The position numbers and the translations under genes are program-made. From a bacterium (lineage in GTDB: Bacteria > Krumholzibacteriota > Krumholzibacteriia > G020349025): 64,000 nt of DNA. A model generated the notes under the pieces. That model saw nothing but the letters and a program-made list of their open reading frames with translations, was not told where the DNA came from and searched no databases. The stretch is from the NCBI GenBank assembly GCA_031362565.1, contig JANLSU010000051.1, positions 26,566-90,565 of the forward strand. The letters run 5' to 3'. Positions 18,288 through 29,100 of the stretch are shown here, one piece after another (positions within the stretch are counted from its first letter, which is position 1; the number at the start of each line of letters is the position of its first letter).

Positions 18288-19015
18288 GCGCCACACCCCG
18301 AATGAAGGTGGCGCCGCTGGTCGAAGTGACCGGTCTCGGCGTGCGGGTCGAGGGCGCGACCCTGCTGGAGAATCTCTCCCTGCAGGTGGCCGCGCAATCG
18401 ATCCATGTGATCGTCGGCCCGAATGGCGCCGGCAAGAGCACCTTCGTGGCGGCGCTTCTCGGACAGCGCGCCTTCACCGGCGCCATCCGTTTGCATTGGC
18501 GCGGCAGTGGGCGCATCGGTTACGTCCCGCAAGTGTTTCACGCCGATCGCACCCTGCCGGTGACGGTCACCGAGTTCCTGGCACTCGAGCGGCAGCGTTG
18601 GCCGGTCTGCTTTGGGGTGCGGGCGGCGACGCGACGCGCGGTCGAGGCACTGCTCGAGCGCGTCGGACTCGCCGGCATGGGCGAGCGGCGTTTGGGCGTG
18701 CTCTCGGGCGGCGAACTGCGCCGCGTGCTCATCGCCAACGCCATCGATCCGGCGCCCGAACTGCTTCTCTGCGATGAACCCGCGAGCGGCCTCGACCCGG
18801 CAGCGGTTGCGGCGCTCGACCGGCTGCTGCTCGAACTGCGCGACACCTCTGGCACGACGATCGTCTTGGTGTCGCACGACCTGCAGCAGGTGCAACGGCT
18901 CGCGGACCGCGTCACGCTCCTCGATCGCACCGTGCGCCAAACCGGCAGCGCCGCCGAAATCTTCGCCGCCGCGGGACTCGCGGCCTTCCCCGCTCGGCCC
19001 GTGGAGGGACGTTGA
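18284..19015 (+). CDS. Metal ABC transporter ATP-binding protein
   Basis: GPNGAGKST, IGYVPQ, LSGGELRRV, LLLCDEP, VSHDL. Confidence 0.92.
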   Translation: MSATPRMKVAPLVEVTGLGVRVEGATLLENLSLQVAAQSIHVIVGPNGAGKSTFVAALLGQRAFTGAIRLHWRGSGRIGYVPQVFHADRTLPVTVTEFLALERQRWPVCFGVRAATRRAVEALLERVGLAGMGERRLGVLSGGELRRVLIANAIDPAPELLLCDEPASGLDPAAVAALDRLLLELRDTSGTTIVLVSHDLQQVQRLADRVTLLDRTVRQTGSAAEIFAAAGLAAFPARPVEGR

Positions 19016-19896
19016 ACTCCTTGTACGAGTGGCTCGGGCAACTCGCGAAGGCGGGACATCTACCGCCGGCGTTCGAGTATCCGTTCATGGCGCGCGGCAT
19101 TCTCGCGGCGCTCGTCGTGGCGCCGTTGCTGGGCGGTATGAGCCATCTGGTGGTAGCGCGGCGCCTGGCGTTCTTCAGCACGGCGCTCGGGCAAGCGGCA
19201 TTGACCGGCCTCACCATCGGCCTCTTGCTAGGAGAGCCGCTCGCGGCGCCCTATGGCGGCATCTTCGGTTTCTGCCTGTTGTCGGCGCTCGGCATGGTGT
19301 ACGTGAAGCGCCGCGCGGCACTGCCACCCGACACCCTCATCGGCGTCTTCATGGCGCTGACCCTCGGACTCGGAATTTGCCTGTTGGTCGCAGCCACCAA
19401 GCGCTTCAACATCCATCAGATCGAGGCGGTGATGTTCGGGAGCCTGCTGACGGTGACCGATACCGATCTGGCGCTGCTGCTGATCGTCGGCACCGGAATC
19501 GGCATCATTCTGGCGCGGCGTTACAATTCGCTGCTGCTGGACAGTCTGAGCCCGCCGTTGGCGCAATCCACCGGCACCGACACGATGGTGGTGGAGTACA
19601 TCTTTGTCGTGTTGTTGACGTTGGCGATCGTCGTCAGCCTGAAGGTGATTGGCGCCTTGCTCGTCGAAGCGCTGGTGGTCGTACCGGCGGCGGCAGCACG
19701 CAACTTGGCGCGCAGTACGCGCGGCTACATCCTCTGGAGCATCGCCATCGCGCTCGTGAGTTGCCAAAGCGGCTTGTTCGTGTCGACACAGTGGCGCGTG
19801 CCGACCGGTGGTGCGATCGTGCTGGTGCTGAGCGTGCTGTTCTTTGCGACGCTGGGCGTGGCGGGATGGCGCGGGCGGCGGCGGACCGGCGCGTGA
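19012..19896 (+). CDS. Metal ABC transporter permease (ABC-3 family)
   Basis: YPFMARG, RRLAFFS.ALG.AALTG, MFGSLLTV, KVIGALLVEALVVVPAAAARNLARS, PTGGAIVL. Confidence 0.9.
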   Translation: MNSLYEWLGQLAKAGHLPPAFEYPFMARGILAALVVAPLLGGMSHLVVARRLAFFSTALGQAALTGLTIGLLLGEPLAAPYGGIFGFCLLSALGMVYVKRRAALPPDTLIGVFMALTLGLGICLLVAATKRFNIHQIEAVMFGSLLTVTDTDLALLLIVGTGIGIILARRYNSLLLDSLSPPLAQSTGTDTMVVEYIFVVLLTLAIVVSLKVIGALLVEALVVVPAAAARNLARSTRGYILWSIAIALVSCQSGLFVSTQWRVPTGGAIVLVLSVLFFATLGVAGWRGRRRTGA

Positions 19897-20136
19897 CGCC
19901 CGCTTCCCATCCCCGACGCCCGGATTGTGCTGCTCGAGCGGGTCGCTCGTGGACTCCCCCTGGTCTGCGCCCATCGGGTCGGGCGAGGCTCTCTTAGAGC
20001 ATAAGCGCCGCGGGTTGGGCGGTTGGCGGAATCGCTGGGCCCTTTGGCCCAGTATACTTACGCCGTTCGGCGCCGCCGGAAGACCGCCCTCTCCCTGAAC
20101 GGCCGGGCTGGGGAGTCACCGGACGCACCGCGGGGC

Positions 20137-20166
20137 TTGAAGGCCGGCCTGGGTTGGGCCTAAGAT
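20137..20166 (+). promoter_or_regulatory. Candidate sigma70 promoter
   Basis: TTGAAG-18 nt-TAAGAT, ~175 nt upstream of the 20341 ATG. Confidence 0.4.
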
Positions 20167-20340
20167 TGTATGGAATCGATTGAAGGGTTGCCGGCGAGCA
20201 ACGCCATCGGGGGCATGCCCGTCCTCTGCACGGGCCCGAGTCTACCGATGTGACTCTGGTTTCGACTCGCGCGCCGTTCAGCGCGAGTCGACACACGGGT
20301 TGCATCGCTCACAGTTCCGTCTCAAAGGGAGACATCCAAA

Positions 20341-21117
20341 ATGAGAAAGACAGCCATCGCGCTCCTCCTTTGCTGCATCGCAGCACTCGTGGCGGCTCCG
20401 GCCATGGCCACGAACCTGTTGGCCGATGCTTTCGCCTACGCTGACGGCGGTCTGGTGCCGAACGGCGGTTGGGCGAACTTCAGCGGCACAGCCACTGACA
20501 TTCAGGTTGTCTCGGGTCGCGCCGTCGGCGTGGGTCCGAACGCCAACGACGACCACGTGTTCTTCGCGGTGCAACCGACGACCTCGACGACCTTTGCGTG
20601 CCTCACGGTGCGGATCCCGGCGGTCGCGGGCGCGCCGAAGGCGATCTACTTCTTCGGCATGAAGGATGGCGGCACGGCGGCTTTCGTGTCGCGCGTGTAC
20701 GTGCTACCGATCACCGGCGGGTTCACGTTCGGCCTGTCGCATTCCAGCACCAGCGCCACGGTTGGCGTTGTGCCGTGGTCGGCCTCGACGCTTTTGTACG
20801 ATCACGACTACAACATCGTCATCAACTACGATCCAGTCGCGAAATCGTCGACCATGTGGGTCGACCCGGTGAACCAGGCGAGCACGAGTGTCTCGATCAC
20901 CAACGCGGCAATCGCGGCGCTCGCCGTTCAGACCGTGTTTCTCCGCCAGAGCGGCACGGCAGCCACGTTGCCAGCGTCGCCGTCCTACGCCGGCACTGTC
21001 GACTGGGGCTTCTCGGTGGACAACGTCGGAGTCGGCACCACGTTCACCGACGCCTGCTCCGGCACCGTCGCCGTCGAAAGGGCCAACTGGAGCAGCATGA
21101 AGACGCTGTACCGGTAA
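20341..21117 (+). CDS. Secreted beta-rich hypothetical protein with C-terminal AVERANWSSMKTLYR tail
   Basis: GGGAGA RBS; clear Sec signal MRKTAIALLLCCIAALVAAPAMA; strong codon bias; followed by terminator. Confidence 0.85.
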   Translation: MRKTAIALLLCCIAALVAAPAMATNLLADAFAYADGGLVPNGGWANFSGTATDIQVVSGRAVGVGPNANDDHVFFAVQPTTSTTFACLTVRIPAVAGAPKAIYFFGMKDGGTAAFVSRVYVLPITGGFTFGLSHSSTSATVGVVPWSASTLLYDHDYNIVINYDPVAKSSTMWVDPVNQASTSVSITNAAIAALAVQTVFLRQSGTAATLPASPSYAGTVDWGFSVDNVGVGTTFTDACSGTVAVERANWSSMKTLYR

Positions 21118-21145
21118 TCCGGTTCCAGCGACCTCGTCCGTTCGG

Positions 21146-21182
21146 AGCGACCACCCCGCCAAGGGGTGGTCGCTTTTCTTTG
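21146..21182 (+). terminator. Intrinsic terminator
   Basis: AGCGACCACCCC-GCCAA-GGGGTGGTCGCT followed by TTTCTTT. Confidence 0.85.
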
Positions 21183-21200
21183 ATCGCTCCAGCCGGGCGA

Positions 21201-21225
21201 CGTCCAATCGGCGCCCCGGTCCGTA
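21201..21225 (+). promoter_or_regulatory. Candidate autoregulatory ECF promoter of the sigma/anti-sigma operon
   Basis: CGTCC-N16-CGTA, ~40 nt upstream of sigma ATG. Confidence 0.55.
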
Positions 21226-21267
21226 GTACTTCCTGAACCGGTTCGGCGACGGGAGCCTGGCGAGCGG

Positions 21268-21831
21268 ATGACCCCTCAAGAACGAGACCTCGGACTCCTG
21301 CTCCGGTTGCAGGCCCGTGATGCGATGGCGCTCGAGGCGCTGTATGACATCTATGGTGCGCTGCTCTATACGGTTGCGCTCGGCATCGTGCGCGACGTGG
21401 CCGATGCGGAGGAAGTCGTGCAGGACGGCTGGGTGCAGGTCTGGCGCGGGGCGCCGACCTACGATCCACGCCGCGCCACGGTAGCAGGCTGGCTCACGAC
21501 CATCATTCGCAGCCGGGCACTCGACCGTTACCGCAGCAAAGCGTCGCGCCTGCGCGCCGAAACGACCGCCGAGACCGCGTTGCCGCCGCCGCCCGCGGGG
21601 CCCACGCCGGAGTCGGAGTCGGTGCACTCGCAACTGGCGTCGCGGTTGGGAGGCGCGCTCGCATCGCTGCCGGACGAGCACCGGCGCGTGCTGGAGCTGG
21701 CGTACTTCCGAGGCCTGTCGCAAAGCCAAATTGCGGCCGAACTCGACAAGCCGCTCGGCACCGTGAAGTCGTGGGCGCGGCAGGGACTCCTGCGCTTGCG
21801 TGAACTCGTGCCGCAGGAGCAGTGGTTGTGA
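21268..21831 (+). CDS. ECF RNA polymerase sigma factor (SigK-like)
   Basis: LYD.YG, DAEEVVQD.WV.VWR.A..YDP.R, WL.TI.RSRALD, LAYF.GLSQSQIA..L..PLGTVKS..R.GL..LR. Confidence 0.9.
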   Translation: MTPQERDLGLLLRLQARDAMALEALYDIYGALLYTVALGIVRDVADAEEVVQDGWVQVWRGAPTYDPRRATVAGWLTTIIRSRALDRYRSKASRLRAETTAETALPPPPAGPTPESESVHSQLASRLGGALASLPDEHRRVLELAYFRGLSQSQIAAELDKPLGTVKSWARQGLLRLRELVPQEQWL

Positions 21832-21874
21832 AGCAGCGCGCGGTTTCCGCCGCAACCTTGGAAAGGAGGCGCAC

Positions 21875-22717
21875 ATGAGCGGGCATCTGCAAGAGCATTT
21901 GGATCTTTGCGCGGCGTACGCGCTTGGATGTCTCGACGTACCGGATCGCGACACGCTTGAAGTGCATCTCGCCACCGGTTGCGCCGAATGCGAAGCCGCC
22001 CTCGTCGAGTTTTCGGCGGCGACGACATTGCTGGCGGCCGCGACACCGCCGCTGCAGCCGCCACCGGCGTTGCGGCAGCGAGTCTTGGATGCGGCGCGTG
22101 CCGCCGCCGCGCCCGCCGAGCCGCCGCCGGGTATCGCGCGGCGCGCCCCGGTCGCATCCGTCGTGCCGCTCGCGCCACGCCGTTCGACGGCACGCTGGGC
22201 GCGGCTGGCCGCTGCCGCGTGCCTTGCCGTCGCAGTTTGGGGCGTGCGCACCACGTGGCAGTTGCGTGGTCAAGTCGAGGCGCAGCAAACGCGCCTCGTG
22301 GCACTCGAGCACGATCGCGACCAACTCGCGAGCCAGCTCGAGACCACGCGCCGCTGGGTCAACGTCGCCACTGCAAGTGACGCGCGCGTCGCCGAGCTCA
22401 TGCCCACACCGGGCGCCGACGCAACGCTCCGCGGCCGGGCGATGCTCGATCCCGCCACTCAGCGTGCGGCGTTCGCCTTCTCGAACTTCCGTCCACCGGC
22501 CGGACACGACTACCAACTGTGGTCGATTCGTGACGGCAAGCCGCACAGCCTGGGCGTGCTGCACGCCGATTCCGAAGGCGTCGCCTTTGTGAACGTGGAT
22601 GTCGGCGACCCCAAGTCCTTGCAAGCCCTCGCGGTCTCGCTCGAACCCGCCGGCGGCGCACCAACCTCCGACCAGCCAACGGGCCCCGTGGTCATGCTCG
22701 CCAAGCTGAGCGGCTAG
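21875..22717 (+). CDS. Anti-sigma factor, RskA family, with N-terminal zinc finger
   Basis: AAGGAGG RBS; AAYALG.L...HLATGCAEC (HxxxCxxC-like), PPP.LR.RVL, TM, YQLWSI, ALAVSLEPAGG...PTGPVV. Confidence 0.88.
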   Translation: MSGHLQEHLDLCAAYALGCLDVPDRDTLEVHLATGCAECEAALVEFSAATTLLAAATPPLQPPPALRQRVLDAARAAAAPAEPPPGIARRAPVASVVPLAPRRSTARWARLAAAACLAVAVWGVRTTWQLRGQVEAQQTRLVALEHDRDQLASQLETTRRWVNVATASDARVAELMPTPGADATLRGRAMLDPATQRAAFAFSNFRPPAGHDYQLWSIRDGKPHSLGVLHADSEGVAFVNVDVGDPKSLQALAVSLEPAGGAPTSDQPTGPVVMLAKLSG

Positions 22718-22773
22718 CATCGCCGGCCGGCGTGTTATCGTGCGGACATTCGTTCACAACGCCGGAGCTCGAA

Positions 22774-23811
22774 ATGAAGTACGGCCCGATCGCCACGAAT
22801 CCCTTCGAGCGTTTGGCGCTCGGACTCGGCAAGGTGCCTCTGCCGCTCCTCGATTCGCTGTATGGGCCGATCAAGGCGCGGGCGTTGCTCGCCGGGGTGC
22901 AGCTCGGCGTCTTCGAAGCGATGCGCGATGGCTGGCACACCTCGGAAACCCTGGCGACGACATTGCACTTGGACGCCAACGCCCTCGAACTCTTGCTGCG
23001 CGTTCTCGCCTATTCCGAATACCTGCAACAGGACGGCGAGCGCTATGCGCTGGCGCCGCTGGCGCGCCGGTCCTTGGTGCGCGGCAGTCCAATGGACATG
23101 ACGGGATTCGTGGCCTGGAACGAGTGGATGTGGGACATGATCGGCGGCCTGGAAACGGTCGTTCGCACCGGACGCGGCGTCGACCATCACACGACGCTCG
23201 AAGATCCGGCGGCGTGGGCGGCCTACCAGCGCGGCATGCTCGAGATCGCCCGGCTCGACGCACCGGTCGTCGCGAAACACGTCCCGGTGCGTCCCGGCGC
23301 GACGCGCTTGCTCGATCTCGCGGGATCGCATGGTTTTTTCGGCGCCACGCTCTGCCGCCGCCACCCGGGACTGCGTGCGACAGTGCTGGATCTGCCACGC
23401 GCCATCGAACCGGCGCGGGCGCTCGCCCGCGAAGCCGGCATCGACGACGTCGTCGAGCATCGTGCCGGCGACCTGCTCACCGACGATCTCGGGCACGGCT
23501 GGGACGTGGTGTTGCTGAACAACATCTTGCACCACTTCGGACCCGAGACGATTGCGGTGATCGCCGGACGCGCCTACGCCGCGCTCGGCGCCGGAGGCTC
23601 GATCGGCATCTGGGAGTTGGAGCGGCCGCGGCGCGGCTCGAAACCGACCGAGGGCGACGGCGCGGCACTCTTCTTCCGCATCACGTCGACGGCGGGCTGC
23701 TATCACGGCGACGAGTACGCCGGGTGGCTCGAGCAAGCCGGGTTCACGAAGGTGCGCGTGCAACGGCCGGCGCTCTCGCCCGGCAGCATTTTGGTGACCG
23801 CGGTGCGCTGA
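22774..23811 (+). CDS. SAM-dependent O-methyltransferase (dimerisation domain + Methyltransf_2)
   Basis: GVQLGVFEA, LLDLAGSHG, TVLDLP, AGDLL, DVVLLNNILHHF, L..GG. Confidence 0.85.
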   Translation: MKYGPIATNPFERLALGLGKVPLPLLDSLYGPIKARALLAGVQLGVFEAMRDGWHTSETLATTLHLDANALELLLRVLAYSEYLQQDGERYALAPLARRSLVRGSPMDMTGFVAWNEWMWDMIGGLETVVRTGRGVDHHTTLEDPAAWAAYQRGMLEIARLDAPVVAKHVPVRPGATRLLDLAGSHGFFGATLCRRHPGLRATVLDLPRAIEPARALAREAGIDDVVEHRAGDLLTDDLGHGWDVVLLNNILHHFGPETIAVIAGRAYAALGAGGSIGIWELERPRRGSKPTEGDGAALFFRITSTAGCYHGDEYAGWLEQAGFTKVRVQRPALSPGSILVTAVR

Positions 23812-23825
23812 ATCCGCCGCGCACC

Positions 23826-25943
23826 CTACTTCACCAGCGTCAGCTTCTTCGTCTCGGTGAACGACGGCGTCGTCAGGCGATAGAAATACACGCCCGAGCG
23901 CACGCGCGTGCCGAGGCGGTCCTTGCCGTTCCACGTCGCACTGCGATCGATGCCGCCCGGCACCCGCCGATTGACGAGAATCCGCACCAAGCGTCCCGAG
24001 ATGTCGTAGATCGCCAGATAGACGTGTTCGTCCTGCGCCAGCCGGTAGCGAATGCTGGTCGTGGGATTGAACGGATTCGGCGCGTTCTGGTCGAGACGCG
24101 AGGTGATGACCGGCGGCGGCGCCGGGGCCGGCAGCGAACCATTGAGCAGGATCCGGCCGTCGGAGGGCGCCAGCGTTTCACTCGTCACCACCGCGCCATC
24201 GTAGAACGAGGAGCCTGGAATCGACAGGCGCTGAAATGTTGCGCCGAGATCGACGTTTTGCGGGCTTGTCGTGTAATTGAGAAGCACGATGCCGTTTTCG
24301 AAATCGCGCCGGTACACCGACGCGTCACCCTCGCGGAGCGTCACGTCATCGAACCATACACTACCGGCTGTCGTCACGAACAGGTTGAGACCCGCGGCGT
24401 CGGTACCGCTGGCGACGAACGGGATTTCGTAGCGCTGCCAGGCATTCGTGATTGCAATGCGTTGATCGCTGAGGCAGCGGATGCTGGGGCACGCCGGACC
24501 ATACAGGTGCAGTGTGATGTCCTGCGCCGCCGACGCGCGGGCCCAAAAGGCGAGCGTGTAGCCATGCCCGCCCTGCACGTTGACGGTCTGATACAGCTTG
24601 AAGTTGCCGTTCGTCTGCACGTTCGACACATCGATGCGCACCGAGGTCGGCGCCGTGTGATAGGCGGTCGCATCGAGGGTCGCGTTGCCGGTGCAGAGAG
24701 TCGCCTGCGGTGTCCACGGTGCAAGGCTGGTGTCGAAGGCGCCGTTCACGACTTGCTCCGCACCGCTCGGGATGCCGATGCGCCGCATCGGTCCGAGCGG
24801 ATATCCCAAGTAACCCTTGCCGCGGCCCGCATGGTCGAACTCCGGCTCCCACCACAAGCTGCCGTGGCCGGTTTGGGCGGCGTCCAGGCTGTAGTAGCCG
24901 TCCCCTAAGAGCGCCGAGGCGAGTGTGAAGCGTTTGTGGCGCTCGAACTCCGCCGAACGTGTGGGCGCATCCCAGGTGCCCTGCCAGTCGGCGTTCAGCA
25001 CCGAGACCGAGTACGGAGTGCTCTGGAATGGCGCCACCAAATAGCCACCCGGCTGCGCGAGCATTTCTTGATTCCAGTTGTACCCGTAGGCATTGCCGGG
25101 ATCCGGGTTCGACGATGCGGACGGGAAGTACTCGTGGAGCGTGCCGTTCAGCCAGCCGAAGTAGTCGGTCGAACTATTCGAGACCACCGCCAGCGGCCGG
25201 CCGCCCCGCGCCGCGACGATCGCATCGAAGCGCGTCCGCGTGTCTTGCGCCAGGTCCCGGAGCGCGTGGTTCCACAACGAGTCGACCGCGGCGTCGCTGT
25301 CCATGATGCCGTTACAACCGGCCGGATTGTGCGTCGGGTTGCAGTCCGAATCGACTTGGATCGCGCCACCCTGTTCCCAGCCGATCGATTGCCAAAAATT
25401 GTCGTAGAACACGCCGTCGGCTTCCGGGAACTCCTCCATGAGCGCGGCGACGCGCGCCGCGATGTACTGGCGCCAGTTGCCCTCCGCACCCGTGGGACAC
25501 TGATCGGTGATATTGACGAGTTGTGTTCCAGGCCAGTCGGAAGCGATCGTCTGATTCCAGTTGCGCCACCATAGGTCGTTCGAGTTCGCGTAGGCGTGAT
25601 TTTGCTGGCGCCACGCATCCACCGGCGGCGGCACCTGCACGCAATACGCACACACATAGAAGAAGATCTTGATGTCGGGATTGAGCTGCCGCAAGTGCTG
25701 CAGGTCGGTGTGCGACCACGCCGTGTCGAGAATGAGTACGTCCCAGCGCGCTAGCGCCGGCACGTCGCCGGGGTCGATCGCGCCCTGCAAGTACATGTTC
25801 GCGAGACGCGGATACGCGGGTTCGGTAGCCGACGCGCCCATGCCACACGCAACCACCAGGACGGCGGCGATGAGAGCTGCGGCCCACGGGCACCGCAGTT
25901 CAATGGTCGAGTCGCAGCGTTTCACCCAGCGTTGGCGTCGCAT
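23826..25943 (-). CDS. Secreted putative glycoside hydrolase (GHL15-like) + CBM4/9-like module + FlgD-Ig/T9SS-like C-terminal domain
   Basis: [73 protein letters not shown] (CBM); [15 protein letters not shown]...IYD.SGRLVR.L...SGVYFYRL...KKLTLVK. Start uncertain. Confidence 0.7.
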   Translation of the reverse strand: MRRQRWVKRCDSTIELRCPWAAALIAAVLVVACGMGASATEPAYPRLANMYLQGAIDPGDVPALARWDVLILDTAWSHTDLQHLRQLNPDIKIFFYVCAYCVQVPPPVDAWRQQNHAYANSNDLWWRNWNQTIASDWPGTQLVNITDQCPTGAEGNWRQYIAARVAALMEEFPEADGVFYDNFWQSIGWEQGGAIQVDSDCNPTHNPAGCNGIMDSDAAVDSLWNHALRDLAQDTRTRFDAIVAARGGRPLAVVSNSSTDYFGWLNGTLHEYFPSASSNPDPGNAYGYNWNQEMLAQPGGYLVAPFQSTPYSVSVLNADWQGTWDAPTRSAEFERHKRFTLASALLGDGYYSLDAAQTGHGSLWWEPEFDHAGRGKGYLGYPLGPMRRIGIPSGAEQVVNGAFDTSLAPWTPQATLCTGNATLDATAYHTAPTSVRIDVSNVQTNGNFKLYQTVNVQGGHGYTLAFWARASAAQDITLHLYGPACPSIRCLSDQRIAITNAWQRYEIPFVASGTDAAGLNLFVTTAGSVWFDDVTLREGDASVYRRDFENGIVLLNYTTSPQNVDLGATFQRLSIPGSSFYDGAVVTSETLAPSDGRILLNGSLPAPAPPPVITSRLDQNAPNPFNPTTSIRYRLAQDEHVYLAIYDISGRLVRILVNRRVPGGIDRSATWNGKDRLGTRVRSGVYFYRLTTPSFTETKKLTLVK

Positions 25944-26130
25944 CCGCGAACCTCCTACGACCGCGCGGAGCATCGAAGGCGCGACCGAGAATTCGTCGCG
26001 GCGTGCGGAATTTGCATTCCCCGGGCCAGGCTCGCGTGCCGGGCCAGATGCGGTGCGACGCGCCATCGCGCGCCACGCGCGGGTTGCCGGCGGTCGTGTG
26101 TGGAATCGTCCGGCGCGGTATACTGCACGC

Positions 26131-29100
26131 ATGGTGCTGCAGGGCTTTCATCCGGCGGTTCGGGCCTGGTTCGAGGGGCGTTTCGGAGAACCCTCCGAAG
26201 CGCAGACCGGCGCCTGGCCGGCGATTCGTGCCGGGCAACACGCGCTCGTCGCCGCACCGACGGGTTCCGGCAAGACTCTCGCGGCGTTCTTGTCCGCGCT
26301 CGACGATCTCGTGCGACTGGGACTACAGAGCGGTTTGAGCGACGAAACACACGTCGTCTATGTGTCGCCCTTGAAGGCGCTCTCCAACGACATCGAACGC
26401 AACCTGCGGGAACCGTTGGCGGGTATCCGGCGCGAACTCGCGGCGCGCGGCCTGCCGGACGTCGACATCCGCACCTTCGTGCGTACCGGTGACACGCCGG
26501 CGCGCGAACGCGAGGCCATGGCGCGCCGGCCGCCGCACATCGTGGTGACGACGCCGGAATCGCTCTACATTCTGCTCACCAGCCGCCGCGGCCGCGACAT
26601 GCTGCGCACGACCCGCACCGTGATCGTCGACGAGATCCATGCACTCGTCGGCAGCAAGCGCGGTTCGCATCTCGCACTGTCGCTCGAACGCCTGGAGGCT
26701 TTGGCCGGCCGGCGCCTGACGCGCATCGGATTGTCCGCGACGCAGCGTCCCATCGAAACCGTGGCGCGCTTCCTGGTGGGCGCGCGCGGTGACGCCTGCA
26801 CGATCTTGGATACCGGCCATGTGCGCCGGCTGGACGTGGGGCTCGAGATGCCGCAGTCACCGCTCGATGCGGTGATGGCGGGCGAGGTCTGGACCGAGGT
26901 CTACGACCGCATCGCGGCACTGGCACGCGAGCACCGCACGACGCTGGTTTTCGTCAACACTCGGCGGCTGGCGGAGCGCGTCGCGCGCCATCTGTCCGAA
27001 CGGCTCGGGGAAAACCAGGTCGCCGCTCATCACGGCAGCCTGTCGCGCGACCAACGGCTTACCGCCGAGCAGCGTTTGAAGAGCGGCGAGTTGCAGGCCC
27101 TGGTCGCGACCGCGTCGTTGGAGCTCGGGATCGACATCGGCGACGTCGACCTGGTGTGTCAAATCGGTGCGACGCGCGGCATCGCCACGTTTCTGCAGCG
27201 CGTCGGCCGCTCCGGACACGGCTTGGGGCGCGTTCCGAAGGGGCGCTTGTTTCCGCTGTCGCGCGATGAATTGGTGGAATGCGTCGCGCTCTTGGACGCG
27301 GTCCGGCGCGGCGAACTGGACGCGGTGTCCGTGCCGGCGGCGCCACTCGACATCCTCGCCCAACAGTTGGTGGCGTGCGCCGCGTGCGACGATTGGGCGG
27401 AGGACGATCTGTTCACGCTCGTCCGTGGCGCTTTTCCGTACCGGGATCTGGCGCGCGCCGACTTCGATGCAGTGCTTCGCATGCTGAGCGACGGGTTCGT
27501 GACGGCGCGCGGCCGCCGCGCCGCGCACGTGCATCGCGATGCAGTGCATCACCGGGTCCGCGGCCGGCGCGGTGCGCGCATCGTGGCGATCACCGGCGGC
27601 GGCGCGATTCCGGACAACGCCGACTACCAGGTCGTGCTCGAACCCGCCGGCACGGTCGTCGGCACGCTGCACGAAGACTTCGCCATCGAAAGCATGGCGG
27701 GCGACATCTTCCAACTGGGCAACATGTCATGGCGCATCTTGCGCGTCGAGAACGGCCGGGTGCGGGTCGAGGATGCGCGCGGTGAGTCGCCGACGGTGCC
27801 ATTCTGGCTCGGTGAAGCACCGTCGCGGACGCCGGAACTGTCGGCGGCGGTGTCGCGCTTGCGGAGCGAAGTCGAGGCGCGCTTGCCGCCCGCCGCGCTG
27901 CCGCGGGAGCACGGCGCGAACCCCGAGCCCAGCGCGTTGAACGGCCTCGACACGGTGATTCAGTGGCTGGTGCAGGAACGCGGCATCTGTGAACCGGCGG
28001 CGCAGCAGGTCGTGGAATACTTGGCCGCGGCGCACGCCGCGCTCGGCGTTTTGCCGACCCAGGAGACCGTCGTCCTCGAGCGTTTCTTCGACGAAGCCGG
28101 CGGCATGCAACTCGTCCTGCATGCACCGTTCGGCAGCCGCCTGAACCGCGCTTGGGGACTCGCGCTCCGCAAGCGCTTCTGCCGCAAGTTCAACTTCGAG
28201 CTGCAGGCGGCCGCGACCGAGGATGCGATCATCCTGTCGCTCGGCCCGACTCACAGCTTTCCGATCGCCGACGTCTTCGGCTACTTGTCGGCGCGCGGTG
28301 TCCGCGACGTGCTCGAACAGGCGTTGCTTGCCGCTCCCATGTTCGCGACTCGCTGGCGTTGGAACGCGACGCGTTCGCTGGCGGTACCGCGCTTCCGCAA
28401 CGGCCGCAAGGTGCCCGCCAATTTGTTGCGAATGCAAACCGACGACCTGCTGACACTCGTTTTCCCGGACCAGGTCGCTTGCGCCGAGAACTTGGCCGGG
28501 GCCCGCGAGATCCCGGATCACCCGCTCGTCGCCCAGACGGTGCGCGATTGTCTCGAAGAGGCGATGGACCTCGAACGGTTGGAGGCACTGCTCGAAGGCA
28601 TCGCCGCCGGCAATGTCCGGTGCGTGGCGCGCGACACGACCGAGCCGTCGCCGCTGGCGCAAGAGATTCTCAATTCGCGCCCCTACACGTTTCTCGATGA
28701 CGCGCCGCTCGAAGAACGCCGGACGCGCGCCGTGCTCGCGCGCCGCTGGCTCGACCCGGCGTCGGCGGCCGACCTCGGGGCGCTGGACGCCGCGGCAATC
28801 GAGCGCGTCCGCGACGAAGCCTGGCCGGATGCGGTGAACGACGACGAACTGCATGACGCCTTGGTGCTGCTCGGTTTCCTGACCGAGACCGAGGGCCTGG
28901 CGGGTGAGAATTGGCGCGCGTACTTCGAAACTTTGGTGAAGGCAGGGCGCGCGACGCGCGTTGTCGTGGCGCCTGATGTGGTGTGGTGGGTCGCAGCGGA
29001 GAGGCTGCCGGTCGTGCGGGCAATTTTTCCGGTGGCAGAGCTGCGGCCGGAGCTCGAGGTGCCGGCGGAGTTGGCGCGGGAGTGGGAGCGGGGAGCGGCG

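Noticed and set aside
22740..24908. 722-aa plus-strand ORF
   Set aside because: Out-of-frame/antisense shadow of the methyltransferase and GH genes; Arg-rich, no motifs; expected in high-GC DNA
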